Positions 37,866 through 48,603 are shown, counted from the stretch's first letter. The stretch: DNA of 64,000 nt from Catalimonadaceae bacterium JC749 (GCA_021730635.1 JAJNNC010000007.1:25100-89099); one strand, 5' to 3'. Numbers and translations: made by a program. The notes: generated by a model from the letters alone, not told the origin.

Positions 37866-39235
37866 GCTTCAAAAGCAAGTACGACAATCATATTGTCAGG
37901 AGCATGCTTTTCTACTTGTAACTCTCCTTTTAATTGTGCCGAAAGAATCTTGATGAGGGGCAGGTCTAATGCTTGCCCTTCTGAAGGTGGCAGGTGCTGG
38001 TGCACACCGCTACCTTTCATGGTCATGACAATCCGAGGGATGTTCCGATGGACGTTTAAAACTATGCTCTCCGATTGATTCTGAACAGAAACAACCTGTA
38101 GCATATAAGTCAACACCTCATAGATAATCATCCCACAGGTTACGGCTTTTTCAATGTCTATCACTATCGCTTCTACGCTTAGATCAATCGCTATTTTCTG
38201 CGCTGATCCCATGTCAGCCGTTTGTATATGATAGGAAAGTGATGTTAAATATTCTTTCAGATTAATCTCAGAAGAGCCCTGGGTGTAGAGTTGTTCATAG
38301 GCAAGTGCCAGGGTTTTAACCTGACCGATATTTTTCTGGATGATCCGATATATCCCGGCATGCTCTTTTATCTTCTGAGATTGCAGAAAAAACAGGCCAG
38401 CAATCACGTTAAAATTGTTTTTTACTCTGTGCAATGTTTCCTTAACGAAAGCATCTTTTTCGTGTAATGCTTTTCTCAGTTTTTTTATTTCTTCGTTCTT
38501 TTCTGTTATCTCAGTCACCGTGCTTAGCTTATACTTTACACCTGTTGCAGTGACTATCCGTTCGGTCATGATCCGCAATTCTTTGGGATTGCCCTCCTGA
38601 TCTGTGATTTCCCATTCACCACTATTTTCATCAGTAGATCCTTCCAGAAATTCACGGTGCAGATTTGCTGCATACTTTTTTATATTCTCAGCTAACCCCA
38701 GCGTAAAATCTTTGCCTAACAGCTCCTGTGGGGTATAACCTAATAGTCGGCAATAGGCTGGATTGACCTTTATCAATTTACCACGCATATCTGTTAGATA
38801 CATACCTACAGGAGAGGCCTCAAATATCAGGTGCAGCTTTGAAAAGTGCTCAAAATAAACGCTGCCCTTGAAGTTTGCTGCGGACTTCAGGAGGGTGCTC
38901 AGCGTTGCAGCATCCTCCGGATGGTGGATAATACCAAAAGGCTCAGTCTCCTCCGCTTTTTCTATCAGGTATTTGTCATGAGCAGCCATCACATACACAA
39001 AAGGAATGTGAAACTGTGTGCTGATTGTTTCACTGATTTCAACCACATCCAGATAATTCTTCCTGTTCAATTCCAGAAAAACCATATCTACCGTGTCTGT
39101 TTTCATCTTTGTGAAAACTTGCTCAGGATTGGCTGTCATTTCAACACGATCATATCCTAAGGAAAGCAGCGTTGGAACCAGGGTCTGTTGGATATTAAGT
39201 TCATTCCCAACAATCAACAGATGAAAGTCTTTCAT
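37862..39235 (-). CDS. Hybrid signalling protein: N-terminal receiver domain, PAS domain, HisKA_2/HWE-type histidine kinase
   Basis: REC (LLIVGNELNIQQTLVPTLLSLGYDRVEMTAN...VDMVFLEL). PAS (FEASPVGMYLTDMRGKLIKVNPAYCRLLGYTPQELLGKDF). Kinase H-box HRVKNNFNVIAGLFFLQ. Confidence 0.75.
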   Translation of the reverse strand: MKDFHLLIVGNELNIQQTLVPTLLSLGYDRVEMTANPEQVFTKMKTDTVDMVFLELNRKNYLDVVEISETISTQFHIPFVYVMAAHDKYLIEKAEETEPFGIIHHPEDAATLSTLLKSAANFKGSVYFEHFSKLHLIFEASPVGMYLTDMRGKLIKVNPAYCRLLGYTPQELLGKDFTLGLAENIKKYAANLHREFLEGSTDENSGEWEITDQEGNPKELRIMTERIVTATGVKYKLSTVTEITEKNEEIKKLRKALHEKDAFVKETLHRVKNNFNVIAGLFFLQSQKIKEHAGIYRIIQKNIGQVKTLALAYEQLYTQGSSEINLKEYLTSLSYHIQTADMGSAQKIAIDLSVEAIVIDIEKAVTCGMIIYEVLTYMLQVVSVQNQSESIVLNVHRNIPRIVMTMKGSGVHQHLPPSEGQALDLPLIKILSAQLKGELQVEKHAPDNMIVVLAFEA

Positions 39236-39370
39236 AGGGCTAAGTTACGGTATATCCTGCATAAACAAACAGCTGATATTTTGAAGAAAGCAAATCAAAG
39301 CTACCTCTCTGTTTTGTCAATCGTCTGATTTTTAGTAACATTAGATACTGCTGACCACAACCTAAAACAT

Positions 39371-40717
39371 ATGAACCGAAGAGACCTTCTAAAATTGGGT
39401 ACGGCCGCCGGTGCTGCAAATTTATTCACGATTCCCAGCCTGGCGGAGCCGCGCAATAGCACTTATCAGAGCACAAAACCTGTGACGATCACCAAAGTAA
39501 AAGCGATCCCTACTTGTCCTCATGGCATAGAGTTGATCGTGGTGAAAGTAGAAACCAGTGAACCCGGCTTATATGGTGTAGGATGCGCCACCTTCCGGCA
39601 GCGTGCCCATGCGGTGATCGCTGCTATCAATCAATATTTAGATGATTTTTGCCGGGGCCGTGATGTAGATAATATTGAAGATATCTGGCAAACTACTTAT
39701 GTCAGTTCCTATTGGCGAAACGGCCCTGTCCTGAACAACGCTTTAAGTGGCCTGGATCAGGCCTTGTGGGATATCAAGGGCAAACGAGCTGGCATGCCCG
39801 TTTATCAGCTGCTGGGAGGCAAATGTCGCTTTGCCGTTGACTGCTATGCCCACGGAGGAGGCCAGACGGTGGAAGAAACCATAGAGAATGTACAGCATTT
39901 TATGGAAGAGGGTTACCGTCATGTACGCATTCAGTTAGGAGGATACGGTGCTTCCCAGATGCTGGGTGGTTATGGGGCCAGTGGAGATCGCACACCGGAT
40001 TTTAAAAAAGCAGGATTTGGTGGCGCTGATGACAACTATATGAACACTCATCTGTATATGAAGAGCATTCCACAACTGTTTGAGCAGGTAAGAATAAAAT
40101 GCGGAGAAGAAGTAGAACTGCTACATGACATTCATGAACGCTTGGAGCCCATAGAAGCCATCAACCTGGTCAGAGCCCTGGAGGAATACCGCCCTTTCTT
40201 TATTGAAGACCCTTTCTCACCGGAGAATAATGATTACTTCAAGTTGTTACGGCAACAAACAGCGGTTCCTATTGCCATGGGAGAACTTTTCAACAACCCG
40301 CACGAGTGGGTGGGTCTGATGCAGGAGAGACTGATTGATTTCATTCGCATTCATATTTCTCAGGCAGGTGGTATTACTCCGGCAATGAAGGTAGCCCGGC
40401 TGGGCGAATGGTATAATGTACGTACCGCCTGGCATGGTCCCGGCGATGTATCACCGGTAGGCCACGCTGCCAATGCGCACATTGATCTGGCTGTCTGGAA
40501 CTTCGGCATACAGGAAGCTGTCAATTTCTCAGAAGAACTACAGGAAATATTCCCGGGTTGCCCGCAAATGAAGAATGGCTACATGTATGTCAATGAAGCG
40601 CCCGGCCTGGGTGTAGATGTTAACGAAAAAATTGCTCTTCAATACCCCTTACCCGAAAAATTTGACTATAACTGGACACAACTCAGGAAAAGGGATGGCA
40701 CCCCGGTCAGGCCCTGA
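39371..40717 (+). CDS. Enolase-superfamily enzyme (mandelate racemase/muconate lactonizing family; acid-sugar dehydratase-like) with Tat signal peptide
   Basis: Tat motif MNRRDLLKLGTAAGAANL. MR/MLE N-terminal domain (VKVETSEPGLYGVGCATF...LDQALWDIKGKRAGMPVYQLLGG) and C-terminal barrel region. Confidence 0.7.
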   Translation: MNRRDLLKLGTAAGAANLFTIPSLAEPRNSTYQSTKPVTITKVKAIPTCPHGIELIVVKVETSEPGLYGVGCATFRQRAHAVIAAINQYLDDFCRGRDVDNIEDIWQTTYVSSYWRNGPVLNNALSGLDQALWDIKGKRAGMPVYQLLGGKCRFAVDCYAHGGGQTVEETIENVQHFMEEGYRHVRIQLGGYGASQMLGGYGASGDRTPDFKKAGFGGADDNYMNTHLYMKSIPQLFEQVRIKCGEEVELLHDIHERLEPIEAINLVRALEEYRPFFIEDPFSPENNDYFKLLRQQTAVPIAMGELFNNPHEWVGLMQERLIDFIRIHISQAGGITPAMKVARLGEWYNVRTAWHGPGDVSPVGHAANAHIDLAVWNFGIQEAVNFSEELQEIFPGCPQMKNGYMYVNEAPGLGVDVNEKIALQYPLPEKFDYNWTQLRKRDGTPVRP

Positions 40718-40759
40718 TCAGTCTTGATACCAGTTGAATACCAGAACAGGATTATAACC

Positions 40760-41308
40760 TTACGGCGTGTCGGTAGAAGGCTCAATGGTTTCTTCCGTAT
40801 TACCACAGTGCATCATCTGCGCTCCGTAATAAGGATTTCTGATCTCTTCGCTACTACTCAGCCAAAAGGCTCCCCGATTGTTAAAAGCCATAGGACAGTA
40901 CTGTTTGTACAGTATCTGCTCATTGCTTTTGGTTTCTTTCACCTTCTGGTATAAGTTCACGGAAAGAGAATCAAAATAAACGCGCTGGTTTTCCAGGTCT
41001 TCCGTAGCAGCAATCTGCTTGGCATTCTGCTGCAGGTTGATCATCTGGGTAGCATCAATTAATTCTAACAACTCAACCGCACGTTCTTTGGCCTGAGTAG
41101 GATTAGAATCTACCAGAGCATCTTTCAATCGCAAATATCCTCCGACAACATCAGAAATGGTCTGATGCTCCGCAGAAGGTTCTTCACCAACAGCTTCTGT
41201 TGTTTCTCCTATTGCATCTTCCGTACTGCTCGTCGGGCTGTCGGCACACGACCCTAACGCCATACTGACAAAGATGACATAAAAAAAATGGATCCATTTA
41301 AACTTCAT
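40760..41308 (-). CDS. DUF3347-like lipoprotein (Cys/Met-rich C-terminal metal-binding-like motif)
   Basis: Start MKFKWIHFFYVIFVSMALGSC (lipobox). C-terminus QYCPMAFNNRGAFWLSSSEEIRNPYYGAQMMHCG. Confidence 0.5.
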   Translation of the reverse strand: MKFKWIHFFYVIFVSMALGSCADSPTSSTEDAIGETTEAVGEEPSAEHQTISDVVGGYLRLKDALVDSNPTQAKERAVELLELIDATQMINLQQNAKQIAATEDLENQRVYFDSLSVNLYQKVKETKSNEQILYKQYCPMAFNNRGAFWLSSSEEIRNPYYGAQMMHCGNTEETIEPSTDTP

Positions 41309-41388
41309 ATCTTTGATATTTATTGTATTTAACCTTCCTGCATCAGAATAAGTTAACGTCATTTATTGGCCTGTTAAGATAATACTTT

Positions 41389-42633
41389 TCATTTAATTTT
41401 ATTGATAAAGGCATTAACAGGCATATAAGCGGTCCGAACGGCTGCTATGCTATCTATGTGTGTCCAGGCAAAATAAACATGATCATTGGCTTTTTCCATC
41501 ACGGGAAAACCACTGGCTCTGGAGGCCATTGTAGAAGCGAGTACACCGGCAGGCTCTTTTTTTCCCTCAGCAGTGACCAGTACCATCTGAATGACAGCCC
41601 CTTCCTGATTGGCTTCCATCCAGCTTACCAGCGCAGATTCATGATCGAGCATGGTAATATCGACGCGGCCTAAGGGCGAACCATGGTCTACCCGGATGGG
41701 CTCTGCAAAATGAACACCGCCGTCGTCAGAGAAAGCCACCTGAACTTTCGGTTCCTTCTCGCTGGCTGCACTAAACCAGGCTACGGCCACCCGGTTGCCC
41801 GAAGCAGCTACTGCCGGTCCATTGACCGGACAACCTGTTATTTTCCACCCATCATGATGGACAGGTCGAGGATCACTCCAGCCATTGGCCTGCTCCTTTA
41901 TAATATAAATATCTCTTACCTCCTCTTCCGTCCGGTTACGGTATACCACCACCAACCCTTCGTCTGTGAGGGCCGCATCGGTCTGGCAGCACTCACATAC
42001 CCTGTCGTCTAAGGTGATCTCTTTTTGACGGTTACCCTGGTCTCCTATAAAGGTAGCCTGCAACTGCATACCGCCTTCTCCCTGCTCCGGTTGTCCTGCT
42101 TTACTATTTCGACCATCCAGCCATACCGCAAAAATTTTGTCAGAAGCCAAAGGTAACATAGTGACAAAACCATGTTCGGCCGCTATCCCATCCTGATGCA
42201 ATACAAAGGAAGGTTGCCAGGTATTTCCTCTGTCATAGGATAAGGCTACCTGTATATTATAATCGTAGGTACCCGTATCGCTCTTCACCAGCCAATGAGC
42301 GGCCATAAGACTGTCCATGGCTACCAATGAAGGAAAATCAGCCCAATTAACAAACCAGTTCTTCCCCTCTACAATCGTCTTAGGTGCTGACCACTGATCT
42401 CCTCTCCAGACAGCATAGCGGAGTTTGTCTATAGAATCATTGACAGCTTCTATCCAGGACACATACAGGGTACCCTCAGGCGAAACAAATAAGTTAGGCT
42501 CTCCGCTTTGCGTACCAGCAGGAACCTGCAACTCCACCTGCTGAGGTACGGCTACTTCTTGCTCCTGCAACATCCCCGTTTGGCAACCTCCCATGATCAA
42601 AATAATCGCTCCAAAAAAATATAAAAGCTTCAT
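41389..42633 (-). CDS. BNR/Asp-box repeat (sialidase-like fold) lipoprotein
   Basis: MKLLYFFGAIILIMGGCQ. Asp-box motifs SYDRGNTW and SDDGGVHF. Confidence 0.45.
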   Translation of the reverse strand: MKLLYFFGAIILIMGGCQTGMLQEQEVAVPQQVELQVPAGTQSGEPNLFVSPEGTLYVSWIEAVNDSIDKLRYAVWRGDQWSAPKTIVEGKNWFVNWADFPSLVAMDSLMAAHWLVKSDTGTYDYNIQVALSYDRGNTWQPSFVLHQDGIAAEHGFVTMLPLASDKIFAVWLDGRNSKAGQPEQGEGGMQLQATFIGDQGNRQKEITLDDRVCECCQTDAALTDEGLVVVYRNRTEEEVRDIYIIKEQANGWSDPRPVHHDGWKITGCPVNGPAVAASGNRVAVAWFSAASEKEPKVQVAFSDDGGVHFAEPIRVDHGSPLGRVDITMLDHESALVSWMEANQEGAVIQMVLVTAEGKKEPAGVLASTMASRASGFPVMEKANDHVYFAWTHIDSIAAVRTAYMPVNAFINKIK

Positions 42634-42635
42634 AC

Positions 42636-43160
42636 CTATCCTATCTGTTTGAGTGCGTTCAACATTTCCGGCTGATCCCACGGCTGACTGCCAACTATCG
42701 TTTTTACTAATTCCCCTTCTTGATTGATAATCAGTGTGGTAGGAATAGAATAGACATTCAGCGATTCCAGACTGCTCTTCATATGAACAAAGGAAAAAGA
42801 AAAAGGGTGCTTCTCCCGGAACGCCCGAATTTTTTCCGGTTCCTCATAAGAGGCCGCCAGAAAGACAAAGTTTTCATCTCCCAGGGCTTGAAAAGCTTTG
42901 TCCATAGAAGGCATTTCCATGATACAGGGCTTACACCAGGTAGCCCAGAGATTGAGAAAAACGGTTTTACCCCTCAGATCTTCCCAGCGAATGCGCGTTC
43001 CTTCCAGATCCACCAGTTCGATAGTAGCCACATTGATGGTCTCAGGCGGAGCCTCAATGGCTACTTCTGTAGCACGCTCATTATTTTCTGACTGCTGAGA
43101 CTGACCAGAGCAGGCAAGCAAGAAGCCAGTGGTTAACAAAACCAGAGAACTGAAACGCAT
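42636..43160 (-). CDS. TlpA/ResA-like thiol:disulfide oxidoreductase (thioredoxin fold)
   Basis: WATWCKPCIMEMP active-site motif. Lipoprotein-like N-terminus MRFSSLVLLTTGFLLACSG. Its stop lies 2 nt before the next gene's start. Confidence 0.75.
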   Translation of the reverse strand: MRFSSLVLLTTGFLLACSGQSQQSENNERATEVAIEAPPETINVATIELVDLEGTRIRWEDLRGKTVFLNLWATWCKPCIMEMPSMDKAFQALGDENFVFLAASYEEPEKIRAFREKHPFSFSFVHMKSSLESLNVYSIPTTLIINQEGELVKTIVGSQPWDQPEMLNALKQIG

Positions 43161-43348
43161 GGATTCTTTATCTTTATGTATGAAACATGATGTACATAGT
43201 ATGGCCCCTATCCGGCTCACGGTACTGATTTTTCGTTTTCAAATTAATTCAATCCGCATTTAACAAAAAAATAATAATTACTTAACTTTCTTGTAGCATC
43301 TGTGACGTTATATGTTTACTAGCTTTCCGATCATTAAATGTTTATGTT

Positions 43349-44908
43349 ATGCCTATTCTGGGAAAACTATTAAAAAAAGGCCTTCAACTACGACAATCTA
43401 TTGAACAGGAATATGCCAATCCGTTTGATCTTCAGAAAGAGCAGCTCCGCCAGTTACTGATCACTGCCCGTAGCACCAAATTCGGTCAGCACTATGGATA
43501 TAAAAAGATTCTGAATACCTATCGTTCGGACGATCCTTTTGCTTTTTACCAGGCCTACCAAACCCAGGTACCCATTCATGATTATAACAAAATTTACAAT
43601 GACTGGTGGTACCAATGCCGGGAAGGGGTAGCGGATGTCTGCTGGCCGGGCAAGGTAAAATATTTTGCACTTAGTTCGGGTACCTCAGAGGCTTCTTCCA
43701 AGTACATTCCGGTCACGCGTGATATGCTGAAGTCTATCCAACGGGTGGGGATCCGACAAATCTTATCTTTGTACAGATACGACCTACCGGAAAAATTATT
43801 TGAAAAAGGTATTCTGATGCTGGGGGGAAGCACAGACCTGAACAGGAATAAAGTTTATTTTGAAGGCGATCTGAGCGGGATCACAGCCAGTAAAATGCCT
43901 TATTGGTTTCACAGGTTTTACAAGCCGGGCCCAAAGATCGCTAAAGAGAGAAACTGGTCTAAAAAACTCGACGAGATCACCCGCATGGCTCATAAATGGG
44001 ACATTGGTGTGATTGTGGGGGTACCCGCCTGGTTACAGATTCTGTTAGAGAAAATCATAGACCACTATGGTTTACGCACTATTCATGATATCTGGCCTAA
44101 TCTGACTATTTTTACCCATGGAGGCGTAGCCATTACCCCTTACCTGAAAAGCTTTGAGCGGCTTTGTGCCAAACCTCTGACTTATATTGAGACTTACCTG
44201 GCCTCAGAGGGTTTTATCGCCTTTCAAAACAAGCCCGATACCAAAGCCATGCAGATGGTATTGAATAGCGGCATTTTCTTTGAATTCATTCCTTTTACGG
44301 ATAAAAATTTTACCTCCCAGGGCGACCTGATACCAAATCCGGAAACCCTGATGATCCATCAGGTAGAAACCGGAAAAGAATATGCCTTACTGCTTTCTTC
44401 CTGTGCAGGTGCCTGGCGATATATGATAGGCGATGTGGTCAAGTTTACCAGTGCAGCCGACAGCCAGCTCGTCATCACCGGCCGTACCAAGCATTTCCTC
44501 AGCCTGTGTGGGGAACATCTTTCAGTAGATAATATGAACCGTGCCGTACAAATGCTGTCGGAAGCGTTAAACGCAGAAATTAATGAATACACAGTGGCGG
44601 GTATTTCCCACAACAACCTTTTTGCCCACCATTGGTATTTGGGTATTGATCACGAAGTGAACCCGGCTTTGATCAAGGAAAAACTAGATCAGTATTTAAA
44701 AGAACTGAACGACGACTACCAGGTAGAACGGCAACACGCCTTGCAGGATATTATCATCACGGTACTTCCAAACGAGGCTTTTTATACCTGGATGCGGCTT
44801 CAGGGAAAAGAAGGAGGCCAGCATAAATTTCCACGGGTCATCAAAGGGAGTCACTACCATTCCTGGGAATCTTTTCTGGCGGATCACTTTTCTTCCCGGG
44901 ATAATTAA
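43349..44908 (+). CDS. GH3 auxin-responsive-promoter family (acyl-adenylate-forming) protein
   Basis: 519 aa. MPILGKLLKKGLQLRQSIEQEYANPFDLQKEQLRQLLITARSTKFGQHYGY... is typical of the bacterial GH3 family. Confidence 0.75.
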   Translation: MPILGKLLKKGLQLRQSIEQEYANPFDLQKEQLRQLLITARSTKFGQHYGYKKILNTYRSDDPFAFYQAYQTQVPIHDYNKIYNDWWYQCREGVADVCWPGKVKYFALSSGTSEASSKYIPVTRDMLKSIQRVGIRQILSLYRYDLPEKLFEKGILMLGGSTDLNRNKVYFEGDLSGITASKMPYWFHRFYKPGPKIAKERNWSKKLDEITRMAHKWDIGVIVGVPAWLQILLEKIIDHYGLRTIHDIWPNLTIFTHGGVAITPYLKSFERLCAKPLTYIETYLASEGFIAFQNKPDTKAMQMVLNSGIFFEFIPFTDKNFTSQGDLIPNPETLMIHQVETGKEYALLLSSCAGAWRYMIGDVVKFTSAADSQLVITGRTKHFLSLCGEHLSVDNMNRAVQMLSEALNAEINEYTVAGISHNNLFAHHWYLGIDHEVNPALIKEKLDQYLKELNDDYQVERQHALQDIIITVLPNEAFYTWMRLQGKEGGQHKFPRVIKGSHYHSWESFLADHFSSRDN

Positions 44909-45015
44909 TAATATCCTGATAGGTACTCTACTGGTGACACAGCCCTGCTTTTTACAACAGAGGAGGTATTTTTCTGACAGCACTGCTGACCAGGCGCCTG
45001 CACAATGACTGAGAT

Positions 45016-45642
45016 TTATTTGATCTCTCCCAGAAATACCTCCCACACCTGTTCTTTTTCCGAACCAAACTTTTTCTCTACTTTTTCCACGATCATCCGG
45101 GCCTGCCGGCTGATCCAGGGTTGTGATTCTTCTGAAGCCTGCTGCTGAAAACTAAGCCAGCCCTCATACTGATGTGCGGAAATGGGTTGCAGGTGCTCCC
45201 TTACCTGAATATCCTGCACTGTAAAAATATGTTTTTCTTCAGAAGCAGTCATTCTGCTAGTTAAGAACACCTCTACACTTTGCTGCCCGGCATCGATAGA
45301 CACCGGCGTACTGCTTTCTGCAAACAGGCTCAATGACTGCCGAACAGCCTGCTGCCGCAATATACTGTCGATAGCCGTATCGGCGACAAGATTGACATAA
45401 TCGGCAAAATCCTGTAGTTTTTGTTGTGCCCTGATTTCAAAAGCGCCTAATTTTTCCTGACTGATCTCCTCCGAAGTAAACTCCGCTTCCAGGTTGTAGT
45501 TAGTGGCGTTGAGTTCTCTTGCTTCTTCAGCCAGCCGGTCACGATGGGAAGTGGCACAGGCATTCAGGACCAACCCCAGGGCTATCACGAAGATAAGGCT
45601 CTCACCCCTTTTTTTGATATGATCTATGCGTATCTTATTCAT
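45016..45642 (-). CDS. Hypothetical lipoprotein (208 aa)
   Basis: ORF with LVLNACATSH lipobox-like segment. Its start overlaps the upstream gene's stop by 8 nt. Confidence 0.4.
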   Translation of the reverse strand: MNKIRIDHIKKRGESLIFVIALGLVLNACATSHRDRLAEEARELNATNYNLEAEFTSEEISQEKLGAFEIRAQQKLQDFADYVNLVADTAIDSILRQQAVRQSLSLFAESSTPVSIDAGQQSVEVFLTSRMTASEEKHIFTVQDIQVREHLQPISAHQYEGWLSFQQQASEESQPWISRQARMIVEKVEKKFGSEKEQVWEVFLGEIK

Positions 45643-46570
45643 GGCCTCCCGGATTAATTTGCTTAAATCTCAATTCTTTGATTCTATCGCCTTCAAAAAG
45701 AGTTTCCAGCACTTCGATATGCCGCAAGCTCTTGACAGGCATCGTGAGTTTATCAATAAACTCCCATTTGTTGTACATTTCCATGCCAATCTGCCCCTGT
45801 TCAAAGATCTGGTAAATACGGGCATCTTCGGCAAACATGCTGTCGAGCTGTACCCGACGTTTCTGCCAGTCTTCTACTTTTGAGCTAGAAAAAATATGGA
45901 TCATCCAGGCATAATCATTTGTTTTTAAGGCAATTTGCTCTATACGCTTGTCTTTGTTGAGCATCCTGGTGATGGTGTCTGTCTGGTAGTAAGGGCCTTT
46001 CACCACAAATCGTATCGTACTTTCCTGCGTATCGATGTGCAGGCAACCCTCTTCTCCTACCACGACCGGATAAGGAGATTCTCCTTCTTGTAAAATGGTA
46101 ACATACAGCATATGATGAAGGACAGGTTGCCGGCTATAGGCATTGACAAAACAAAACTGATAGCTGGAAGAAGCATTGAAGCTAATATAGAATACCAGCA
46201 GTAAACCCAAGGCTACGACGAACACTCCCCAGCGAGCATAATGGTTCTTACGATACGCTGTTGTTACGCTTGTTGTTTCCAGCCTCATACTGCCCTTATA
46301 ATGATCCCAACTTTTGTATCCTACATATTGGCTCAGCAAATTTAAAATATCGATGCGGGGCACATGATCATGTTCTGATTTGATGTGGGTATAAAACCAC
46401 TTTTCGCTAATGCGTCCATTTACTTTCTGTACAAGATCTTCCTGAAAACACCGGATCTCATTACCCTTCCATTGCTCTATATCCGGGGTTATTTTCGGAA
46501 AGGATAAACGCATTTGCCGGGCGATATCCCCTTTGAGGTGTTGAAAATATGTCAAATCAATATCCGGCAT
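45635..46570 (-). CDS. Hypothetical protein with one TM segment (311 aa)
   Basis: Long ORF translationally coupled to 45016..45642. Confidence 0.4.
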   Translation of the reverse strand: MPDIDLTYFQHLKGDIARQMRLSFPKITPDIEQWKGNEIRCFQEDLVQKVNGRISEKWFYTHIKSEHDHVPRIDILNLLSQYVGYKSWDHYKGSMRLETTSVTTAYRKNHYARWGVFVVALGLLLVFYISFNASSSYQFCFVNAYSRQPVLHHMLYVTILQEGESPYPVVVGEEGCLHIDTQESTIRFVVKGPYYQTDTITRMLNKDKRIEQIALKTNDYAWMIHIFSSSKVEDWQKRRVQLDSMFAEDARIYQIFEQGQIGMEMYNKWEFIDKLTMPVKSLRHIEVLETLFEGDRIKELRFKQINPGGHE

Positions 46571-46929
46571 ACAATACTACAATATAAGAAAGCGGTGTTT
46601 TCCTTCACTTTGTAAAATGCTTTCTCTCCTTGTAAATCATTTTACAAACGCTTTGCAGCGTTGAAATTTCCAGCACAGGCAGGGTTTGACTATGTTCATA
46701 GGCCACCGAAAATCCTAAAACTATGCAAAAGTTCAAAGTAAAATCAGTAAAAGTGATCAAGCTAGCTTTCCTGTGGATCAGCAGCAGTGCCGTCATTTTT
46801 ATATTGCTGCTGTGGTTGCTTACCACTCATGCCTTATCGCATCCTGAGGCACCAGAAGTCAAAGAAGAAACAAATCCCCAGGTTGCTTCACCCATGAATA
46901 GCTTTTTCTTTCACCCAGGCCATTAGTTC

Positions 46930-48246
46930 ATGATACTCACAACAATGAAAAGACCAACAGTGACCCTTACCTTTTTCCTGCTCTCTCTTTCTCTTCAGGC
47001 ACAAAGTGAATGGAAGTGGCCGGAAGATACCGGCAAAGCCCAGGAAAACTGGGTACTTTTTACTGACGCGCTTAGCAGCCAAAGATACTCCGATGCCATC
47101 ATCCCTTTTCAATGGTTACTGTCAACGGCTCCCCAGCTGCATCCTTCTCTGTACATTCAGGGAGAAAAACTATACAAGGGGCTGATCGACAACACCCGGG
47201 AACCTGATCAAAAAAGAAAGTATCAACAACAAGTTTTAGCATTGTATGATACCCGCATGCAGTATTTCGGGCAAAAATCGGCTGTGATGAACCGAAAAGT
47301 GCTGGCAGCCTATCAGTATTACCGCAGCCAGCCGGAGCAGTATACGGCGCTGTTTCATGTATTTGATGAGGCAGCGCAAGCCGGCTTGCGTCATTTTAAC
47401 CGTGCTGTGCTGGTCGCTTATATGGATGTGATACGACTGTACCAGGCGGAAGGAGCCCCCCTGCCAGAAGAAGAAATACTGCACCGCTATGATCAGATCA
47501 CCCAGGCTTTGCAGGACAGCACCACTACCGCCGATGTGGAGGATACAGAAAAAAAACAGGAGATCATCGATGAGCTGCTAGCAGCAACTATATCGTTGGA
47601 TTGCCCATTGATTGAAGAGAAATTCGGCAGACCATTTCTAAAACAACCTACAGACCTCACAAAGGCCAAAAGAGTAGTAGCACTCAGCCTGGCTTACGGC
47701 TGCAGAGAACTGCCCGTCTTTCTGGAAGCAGCGCAGGTGGTACAGCAACAAACACCTACCTTTGGCCTGGCCAAACTCATTGCGCTCATCAGTGATGCAC
47801 AACACCAGACAGATACTGCCGAGCTGTATTTTCATCAGGCTGTGCATCTTGCCAAACACACTGTTCAGCAAGCCGATGTTTTATATATGCTGGCGGTGCA
47901 TTATCATCGTGAAAATGAGCGGGAAAAAGCAAGAACTACAGCACTGAAAGCCATACAAGCCGATCCTTCCCGTAAAGAGGCCTACAAGCTGATAGGCGAT
48001 TTGTACCTCTCCAGCTTCAGCGACTGCAAAGGAGGGATCAGCAAAACCCGGGACCGGGCACTCTACATCGCTGCTTATGAAATGTACCAAAAAGCAGGCA
48101 GAACAGATCTGATGCAACAAGTTCGACAACAATTTCCATCCATCGAAGAAATGTTTCAGGAAAACTTCAAAAAGGGACAAACGATACGGGTAGGCTGCTG
48201 GATCCAGGAAGATGTCATGCTGGACTCACGTGCGGAAACACCATAG
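46930..48246 (+). CDS. Secreted hypothetical protein (438 aa), helical-repeat-like
   Basis: Signal peptide MKRPTVTLTFFLLSLSLQAQS. Confidence 0.45.
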   Translation: MILTTMKRPTVTLTFFLLSLSLQAQSEWKWPEDTGKAQENWVLFTDALSSQRYSDAIIPFQWLLSTAPQLHPSLYIQGEKLYKGLIDNTREPDQKRKYQQQVLALYDTRMQYFGQKSAVMNRKVLAAYQYYRSQPEQYTALFHVFDEAAQAGLRHFNRAVLVAYMDVIRLYQAEGAPLPEEEILHRYDQITQALQDSTTTADVEDTEKKQEIIDELLAATISLDCPLIEEKFGRPFLKQPTDLTKAKRVVALSLAYGCRELPVFLEAAQVVQQQTPTFGLAKLIALISDAQHQTDTAELYFHQAVHLAKHTVQQADVLYMLAVHYHRENEREKARTTALKAIQADPSRKEAYKLIGDLYLSSFSDCKGGISKTRDRALYIAAYEMYQKAGRTDLMQQVRQQFPSIEEMFQENFKKGQTIRVGCWIQEDVMLDSRAETP

Positions 48247-48603
48247 ATTTTTGCAGTGCCCCTCCAAAGATTATCTCTGACAACAGATGCTTTATCCAGG
48301 GAGGAATGCTCTTATGTCATCCCAGGCAATATTCTCTTTGCATTTCCTGTTTATAGCAGATAATCACTAGATTTCAAAACAGAAACCTATCTTTGCATGG
48401 CTCATTATTGAAGTGATACAATTACCATCTATTACTAACTTTACAGTTACCATGTAGGGTTTGTTTCTGGCCTACCTGCTGGTCATGCCCCGGCATTATT
48501 GAGCTGCTGTATTGCGTTTATCAGGCTATTCACATCAGTTTCCACACCTGATCCGTAATACATACAGATTTTACTGGTTCTTTTTGAAACACATGACATT
48601 GCC

